Source of the DNA: Promethearchaeum syntrophicum | GTDB taxonomy: Archaea; Asgardarchaeota; Lokiarchaeia; Sigyniarchaeales; Promethearchaeaceae | Direction: 5' to 3' | DNA length: 32,000 bases | Assembly: GCF_008000775.2 (NCBI RefSeq) | Contig: NZ_CP042905.2 | Location: forward strand, 1,080,001 to 1,112,000 | In this document: one piece after another, positions 26,526-32,000 of the stretch | Layout of the letters: every line of letters begins with the position of its first letter | Position numbering within the stretch: position 1 is the first letter of the stretch | The notes under the pieces: model-generated | The model's database searches: none | What the model was told of the DNA's origin: nothing | What the model saw: the letters and a program-made list of their open reading frames with translations, nothing else | Translations under genes and position numbers: made by a program

Positions 26526-26773
26526 ATATATAAAATCTTGAACTCGTGATGTGGGATTTAGAGAGTGATTTTCAAATATATAAATATAAATAACCGTTTG
26601 AATTTCTGTTCTAATTCAAATGGAGTGAATAATTTAATAAGGAAAGACTCTATATTTTTTTAAAAAGAAGAAAAAATGATTTTCTATGGATTAGTAAAGA
26701 TTATGAATTCTTTATTTGGGATTATATAAACCGGTATGAGGATAGAAGAATAATTAGAGATCTTAAACCCGTA

Positions 26774-26992
26774 ATGAAATATTATGAAAAATCCCCATTC
26801 CTACTAGCTAAGCAATATTGTGATGATCCTTTATCTTTAACTGATGAAGAAATAGAGCGATTGATTTGGGAAGCAAATGCTTCAATAAGAGAAATGTTAG
26901 AATCGAATTATCCTCCCGATAATGAAGTCGTTAAAAAAATCAACGATCGCCTAAGTTATGAATTGAAATACAATCTAAAAATAATATTTTAA
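26774..26992 (+). CDS. Small hypothetical protein (72 aa); frame is open further upstream without ATG/GTG/TTG
   Basis: Plausible composition; the same frame is open from 26633. Confidence 0.4.
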   Translation: MKYYEKSPFLLAKQYCDDPLSLTDEEIERLIWEANASIREMLESNYPPDNEVVKKINDRLSYELKYNLKIIF

Positions 26993-27093
26993 ATCCATTA
27001 ATACCACATACCTAAAACTATAGAAAATTATATTCCGAATATTTTTTATTTGTACTAATTTTTATATGATAAAGAAATTGAAGGTATAGCTGA

Positions 27094-27579
27094 TTGAAAA
27101 AAACAAAAATTACAATTCTTTGCGTTGGTAATATTTGCCGTAGCCCCGTTGGTGAATATCTTCTAAGAGAATATGCCAAAGAGAGAGGTTTTTCACAATC
27201 AATTATTATTGATTCTGCTGGCTTACATGGGGGATTTTTAGAGCTTGCTAAAGATTCAAGAGACTATCTTAAAGAAAAGGGAATCGATCCTTCCGATTTT
27301 AAATCAAAAGGAATATCGAGAAAATACTTAGACCAATTTGATAATATTTGGGTAATGGCGAATTGGCATAAAAAATTCATTATAGACCATTATTACGCTG
27401 AATTGCCCAGGAAAGAAAGGCGAAAAATTAAATCAAAAATGAAAACACTTGTTGAAGTTAGTGGTGAGGGATCAGGGGATGTCACAGATCCCTATGGTTT
27501 ACCGTCTAACGAATATCTTCAAATATTAAAACAAATTGATCGTTTAAGCAAAAAAATTATAGATCAATTAAAATTTTAG
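27094..27579 (+). CDS. Low-molecular-weight protein tyrosine phosphatase family (arsenate reductase-like fold), TTG start
   Basis: C-X5-R loop 'ILCVGNICRSPVGEYLL', 'IDSAGLHGG', general-acid region 'DVTDPYGLPSNEY'. Confidence 0.92.
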   Translation: MKKTKITILCVGNICRSPVGEYLLREYAKERGFSQSIIIDSAGLHGGFLELAKDSRDYLKEKGIDPSDFKSKGISRKYLDQFDNIWVMANWHKKFIIDHYYAELPRKERRKIKSKMKTLVEVSGEGSGDVTDPYGLPSNEYLQILKQIDRLSKKIIDQLKF

Positions 27580-27728
27580 GTATGATAATAATAGTTTTTT
27601 CTAAAACTTAGAAAATTCCTTAGAAAAAAATTACAAACATCTTAATATTTTTAATGATATCCCAATAAATAGGGAATAAAATTTTTCTCAGAATTAACGG
27701 AAATATTTTCTAGGGGTAAACATATTCT

Positions 27729-28316
27729 ATGGATAAAGTCGATATGAAACTACTTGCGGCAATGGAGGAGAATTCTAGGATCTCTTTGAAGAACCTCGCT
27801 CGTGATTTAAACGTAAAAACAAGCACCATTTATCACCGCTTACACAAGCTCAAAGAAAGCAATATTTTGGAGAATTTCACGATTATAATCAATCCGGAAG
27901 CGGTAGGACTTAATAAACATATCATCATGAACATCAGGTTAAAGAAGATGGTAATAGGAAAACTGGATACCATGTTTTTAGAATCATTTGGCAAATTTTT
28001 GGCTGAACAATATGAAGAAGTGTTATTTAGTTCAGTTGGCAGTGATGAGATGATTTGGATCATAGCAACTTTTAGAGATGATAAACATTATGAGCAGTTT
28101 AAATCCGAAATAAGCGAGAATCCTTACATTGAGAATTCCGAAACAGTTCTTTTAAATAGTATCTTGAAAGGGCAAAAAATCTTCAAATTTTTACCAAATT
28201 TACTGAAACAAGAAGCTAAAGGAGATTATTTTAGTGAAGATGATGAAGATGAAAAACCAGATGCAAATAAAAAGAGCAATTCAAGTGAAGATGATGAAAC
28301 CGATATCTTCTTTTAA
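27729..28316 (+). CDS. Lrp/AsnC-family transcriptional regulator with acidic C-terminal tail
   Basis: 'DMKLLAAMEENSRISLKNLARDLNVKTSTIYHRLHKLKESNIL' HTH, C-terminal RAM-like 'FATFRDDKHYEQFKSEI', then 'EDDEDEKPDANKKSNSSEDDETDIFF'. Confidence 0.85.
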   Translation: MDKVDMKLLAAMEENSRISLKNLARDLNVKTSTIYHRLHKLKESNILENFTIIINPEAVGLNKHIIMNIRLKKMVIGKLDTMFLESFGKFLAEQYEEVLFSSVGSDEMIWIIATFRDDKHYEQFKSEISENPYIENSETVLLNSILKGQKIFKFLPNLLKQEAKGDYFSEDDEDEKPDANKKSNSSEDDETDIFF

Positions 28317-28336
28317 AAAATTATTTTGAGTTAAAA

Positions 28337-29794
28337 TCAAATATCATCTCGAATATTCGCATAATCGATCTTTTTTTCTTCTTTGGGCATACTTTCTGGA
28401 AAATTTAATGCAACATCAAGTGGTGTTTCAATAAATTCGGGTTCTTTCACTTTATTTTCATTTTCTGTAGAATTAGATAAATTATCGATTACTTTCCTAC
28501 CCAAAGTGATATAGCCTGGATTAAATTTTTCTTCAACGGTAGAATAACTCCCTTGCTGTTCAATATTCACACTTCGTTTAATTAATTCACAAGTAGAAAT
28601 CTCGAAATAATTTAATCTATACATTTGATCGAAATATGACTTAGCTATTTCAATAAATTGACCTAAGATACAGAGAACCCTTCCATTTTCTAAGAATACG
28701 TGTAATTTTTCTACAAGCTCATTGGAATTAATAGAATCAACAATAATTCCATCAAAATTCATATTTTCCAAGTTTAAAGTTCTTAGAATGTTATCGATAT
28801 CTTTGGGATCAGGATGAGACGGGATTTTAATGACATGAACATTACTCTGATCATCGCCATTTCTGTCATAAAATTCGTGGAATAGTTTGGGAAGCGGAGT
28901 TTTTTTATTTTTAGGGCAAACGAGCAAAATATTATCACCTGGGGAACATCCAAGATGAACTAACATATATCCAATATTCTCTGGAGAATAGTATGAGAAA
29001 TATTTTGTAGATAAAAGTGGCTCTGAATTACGATTTGCAAATGTAAGGTATCCTGTATGACCATTGACTCTTCCCTTAGGCCTCGTTGCGTTTGGTTTTA
29101 CTTGAAAATCCCTTTTAATCAATTCAATTGTGTGAATATTGAAAAATTGGTTTTCTTTCAAAACTCGATGATTTTTTTTTACCTGTTCTATAGTTGGGCT
29201 AAAACAACAAATTTTTCCTTTAGGACTAAGATTTTTCACAACCTTAGGAATAGCTTCCCATGTTGTTGCTAAATCAAGCAATGCAAAATCTATTTCATGT
29301 AAATCTAAATCATCCTCGCAAATATTCATTAATTCAACGGAACAATTATCTTCAGCCTTAAACATCTTAATATTCTTTCTTGCTTGTTTAATTGCAATAT
29401 CTCTAATATCAAATGAATGGACTTGACCATTTGGACGGCAAAAAATCCCCATAAGGCTTGTAACAGTTCCACTTCCAGTTCCAGCTTCAATTATTTTAAA
29501 TCCAGATTGAATCCCGCTGTAAGTTAGGATAAGACCTATATCTTCGGGATAAATGATTTGCGATTGCCTCTTCATTGAATAAATTGTGTCTGAGAGTAGT
29601 GCAGGTAAAATTGCAACTTTTAATTTACTTGGATTAAGACGTGCAGTTTCGCCATAATTTTTTCCAATGATATCATTAAATTTTAAAAATCCTCTGTCGG
29701 AGTGAAACTCGGTATCTTCTATCGCTTTTCTTACCCATTTTCTTCGTTTATCATAAATAATGTAAACTAGATCACCATTCAATATTTTAGGCAT
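28337..29794 (-). CDS. trmI: tRNA (adenine-N1)-methyltransferase TrmI-like, fused to a second degenerate copy
   Basis: 'GDLVYIIYDKRRKW...FHSDRGFLKFNDIIG', 'QIIYPEDIGLILTYSGIQSGFKIIEAGTGSGTVTSLMG', 'CCFSPTIEQVKKN', 'RPKGRVNGHTGYLTFA'; the second half repeats the pattern with no GTGSG. Confidence 0.85.
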   Translation of the reverse strand: MPKILNGDLVYIIYDKRRKWVRKAIEDTEFHSDRGFLKFNDIIGKNYGETARLNPSKLKVAILPALLSDTIYSMKRQSQIIYPEDIGLILTYSGIQSGFKIIEAGTGSGTVTSLMGIFCRPNGQVHSFDIRDIAIKQARKNIKMFKAEDNCSVELMNICEDDLDLHEIDFALLDLATTWEAIPKVVKNLSPKGKICCFSPTIEQVKKNHRVLKENQFFNIHTIELIKRDFQVKPNATRPKGRVNGHTGYLTFANRNSEPLLSTKYFSYYSPENIGYMLVHLGCSPGDNILLVCPKNKKTPLPKLFHEFYDRNGDDQSNVHVIKIPSHPDPKDIDNILRTLNLENMNFDGIIVDSINSNELVEKLHVFLENGRVLCILGQFIEIAKSYFDQMYRLNYFEISTCELIKRSVNIEQQGSYSTVEEKFNPGYITLGRKVIDNLSNSTENENKVKEPEFIETPLDVALNFPESMPKEEKKIDYANIRDDI

Positions 29795-30107
29795 TAATAT
29801 TATTAATTAAACAGATTATACAAATTTTTTTCTTTTCTTTTTTTCCCGTTTTTTATCATGGAAATCGTTGAACTAGAAGACTAGCATATGGATAGAATTT
29901 AACAGCATTTTAATATTTGGATGAGAACCCTTGTCCAAATTTCATCATTTATTAGTTCAAAATTTATTCCTTACTATTTTTATTAATCGAATTATCCAAC
30001 TATAATATGCATAAAAAAGTTTTACCAATTACATGTGTTGGATTTGTAATAATTGAAGGATTTATGAAAAGTAATATAATTAAGTATCGTAAATCAACCA
30101 GGAGGAA

Positions 30108-30114
30108 TTTAAAA
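30108..30114 (+). other. Candidate -1 slippery heptamer T TTA AAA
   Basis: Codons AAT TTA AAA of the short ORF starting at ATG 30064; a -1 slip enters the OppB frame at ACG 30114. AGGAGG lies at 30100-30105. Confidence 0.35.
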
Positions 30115-30146
30115 CGAGCTTAATTAGTTATACAGCAAGAAGAATT

Positions 30147-31130
30147 TTGGCAATGATTCCCATATTAATTGGAGTGTTACTGATCACTTTTATTTTATCA
30201 TTAGAATTACCTGGGAGTCCTTTTAATCCAGAAGGAACAAAGATAAATCCTGAATCAACTAAAGTTGCTGAAGAATTGCTTGGTTTAGATAAACCCATAT
30301 ACACTCAACTTTGGTTATATATAAAGAGAATATTGCAAGGAGAATGGGGAAATTCAATATCTTTGGCAGATGGAATTCCAGTATGGACTTATATCTGGCA
30401 AAAAGCCCCTTTAACAATCGAACTCGCAGTACTATCACAAATTTTTGCAATAAGTATTGGAATTAGGGCGGGAGTGTTCTCTTCAGTCAATAAAAACAAC
30501 CCAAAAGATACTATTGTACGTTTTATTGCTCTTCTCGGGGTATCAATTCCAATATTCTGGTTGGGGATGGTATTGAAATATCTTTTTGCATTAGAACTTA
30601 ATCTTTTTCCAACTATCCACGGAATTTCCCCATATTATAACATAGCGCTCAATAAAGTAACTGGGTTCAACACGATAGATTCGATACTAATGGGGAGATT
30701 TGATATATTATTGGATATAATCTGGCATATGATTTTACCGGTATTTTGTTTAGCTTTTGTCGGTTTAGCTTCAATTACTCGTCAAACTCGATCAAGTATG
30801 CTTGAAGTTTTAGAATTAGATTATATTCGATCAGCAAGAGCAAAGGGATGTAAAGAAAAGGATGTAATTAATAAACACGCTTTGAAAAATGCCATGATTC
30901 CCACAATTACAATAATTGGGATTAGAATAGGGGGATTATTAGGTGGTGCAGTGCTTACAGAAACCACATTTGCCCTTGATGGTTTTGGGAGTCTAATGAT
31001 TGGTGCCATACAAAATCGGGATTATTTTGTAATTAATGCTCTCGTACTATTAACCACTGGAATCTTCATGACCGCTAATTTAGTTAGTGATATTCTCTAT
31101 GGGATAATGGATCCACGAATTAGATACTAA
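30147..31130 (+). CDS. ABC transporter permease, OppB/DppB family (true 5' end probably upstream; see findings)
   Basis: 'IPILIGVLLITFILSLELPGSPFNPEG', 'SLADGIPVWTYIWQKAPLTIELAVLSQ', 'ITRQTRSSMLEVLELDYIRSARAKGCKEKDVINKHALKNAMIPTITIIG' (EAA loop). Confidence 0.92.
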   Translation: MAMIPILIGVLLITFILSLELPGSPFNPEGTKINPESTKVAEELLGLDKPIYTQLWLYIKRILQGEWGNSISLADGIPVWTYIWQKAPLTIELAVLSQIFAISIGIRAGVFSSVNKNNPKDTIVRFIALLGVSIPIFWLGMVLKYLFALELNLFPTIHGISPYYNIALNKVTGFNTIDSILMGRFDILLDIIWHMILPVFCLAFVGLASITRQTRSSMLEVLELDYIRSARAKGCKEKDVINKHALKNAMIPTITIIGIRIGGLLGGAVLTETTFALDGFGSLMIGAIQNRDYFVINALVLLTTGIFMTANLVSDILYGIMDPRIRY

Positions 31131-31461
31131 GTAGATTTCATAAACTAACCATTATTTATTTTTGGATAAAAAATCCGGATTTTAGTGGATTTTGATAAAT
31201 TTCCTTCAATATTACCAAAGTTCGAAATTTTAACTATCATTTAATCATATAGTAATTTCCATTTTAACCAAATTACTTAAATAGTGGTTATTATACATTT
31301 TAGATAACTTCGGAAGATTAAGTTAAGATTTTTTTTATAATTTGATAGTGTCTTTCTTGACAGAATTATTTAATAATTAAGAAGGAAAAAATCGTTAAAA
31401 CATTAAATATTGATGGATCTATAACCAGATTTTATAACCTGAATTAGGAGCAAAAAATAAT

Positions 31462-32000
31462 ATGAGTGAAATCACATACGCAGAAATAGAGAAGGCTGAA
31501 TCTATTGATTTAGAAAAAGAATTAACGTTTAAAAATCAATTTAGTGAGTTAATTTCTCCACATTATTTAAAATATCAGTTTAAAAGAAATGAAATTGATG
31601 AAACGTTGAAGTTACGAAAGTTTGTTTTGAACAAATATAAGAGTAAACGAAGTTTATTACGAAGAATTAAATCTCCTTTAACTTATGTGGGAATAATAAT
31701 ACTAGTAGCAATTGTTACTTTTGCAGTTTTTGCCGCTTGGCTCTCGCCATATACAGTACAAGAACTTCAGGGCATTGATATGAGTCGATCAGAATATCAA
31801 CCCCCAGATGCGCAACACATTTTAGGTACGACAGAATTCGGTCAGGATGTATTTGGAAGATTAATGTGGGGAGGTAGGGTATCTTTAACTCTTGGATTAG
31901 GAGCAATTGGAATCAGCGTAGTAGCTGGAGTTATTATTGGAGTTTTTTCGGCTTATACCGGAGGAATTATTGATTCCATAATAATGCGCATCGCGGATAT
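31462..32000 (+). CDS. ABC transporter permease, OppC/DppC family, N-terminal part (runs off right edge)
   Basis: ATG after GGAG; 'PLTYVGIIILVAIVTFAVFAAWLSPY', 'HILGTTEFGQDVFGRLMWGGRVSLTLGLGAIGISVVAGVIIGVFSAYTGGIIDSIIMRIADI'. Read directly; partial so not in the ORF track. Confidence 0.9.
   Translation, partial: MSEITYAEIEKAESIDLEKELTFKNQFSELISPHYLKYQFKRNEIDETLKLRKFVLNKYKSKRSLLRRIKSPLTYVGIIILVAIVTFAVFAAWLSPYTVQELQGIDMSRSEYQPPDAQHILGTTEFGQDVFGRLMWGGRVSLTLGLGAIGISVVAGVIIGVFSAYTGGIIDSIIMRIAD

Noticed and set aside
26297-26773. tRNA or structured ncRNA in the 480-bp gap, suggested by a locally higher-GC stretch and gagggt/accctc complementarity
   Set aside because: No T-loop (GTTCRA) in correct context or cloverleaf could be drawn; the complementarity is short and far apart.
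1-32000. CRISPR array, transposase/IS element or terminal inverted repeats
   Set aside because: No regularly spaced repeats, Cas genes, integrase/transposase motifs or flanking direct repeats were seen. The R-M cluster is the only mobile-like content.

Overview
This 32 kb AT-rich window is archaeal. It carries a TFIIB-type factor, clamp-loader RFC genes and a TrmI-type tRNA methyltransferase. The overall look, with eukaryote-like families and many membrane proteins, is compatible with an Asgard-type archaeon, but that placement is inference. The predicted CDSs include: small membrane and secreted-domain proteins (0.2-2.6 kb); a SAM methyltransferase; a PNPOx-like/Cys-rich fusion; a coiled-coil protein; a CWH43/PGAP2IP-like membrane protein with a C-terminal EEP hydrolase, next to a membrane acyltransferase-like protein; a PadR regulator plus heterodimeric ABC exporter operon; a GNAT acetyltransferase; a three-gene clamp-loader cluster (RfcS, degenerate RfcS-like paralog, RfcL); a probable restriction-modification operon (beta-class SPPY methyltransferase, catalytically degenerate methyltransferase paralog, ThaI-like nuclease); an MFS transporter; a YhhN family protein; TFB; a low-MW phosphatase; an Lrp/AsnC regulator; an unusually long TrmI with an internal degenerate repeat; and the start of an Opp/Dpp permease pair. 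The best leads are: (1) the R-M operon with a dead-looking second methyltransferase; (2) the clamp-loader trio with a Walker-B-degenerate member; (3) the TrmI active/inactive domain fusion that parallels Trm61/Trm6; (4) the CWH43-like protein; (5) an in-phase -1 slippery heptamer (T TTA AAA) that would join a short ATG ORF to the OppB frame, which otherwise lacks a normal start. No tRNA, rRNA, CRISPR array or transposase could be supported. Family calls come from motif recognition by eye; no database search was run.
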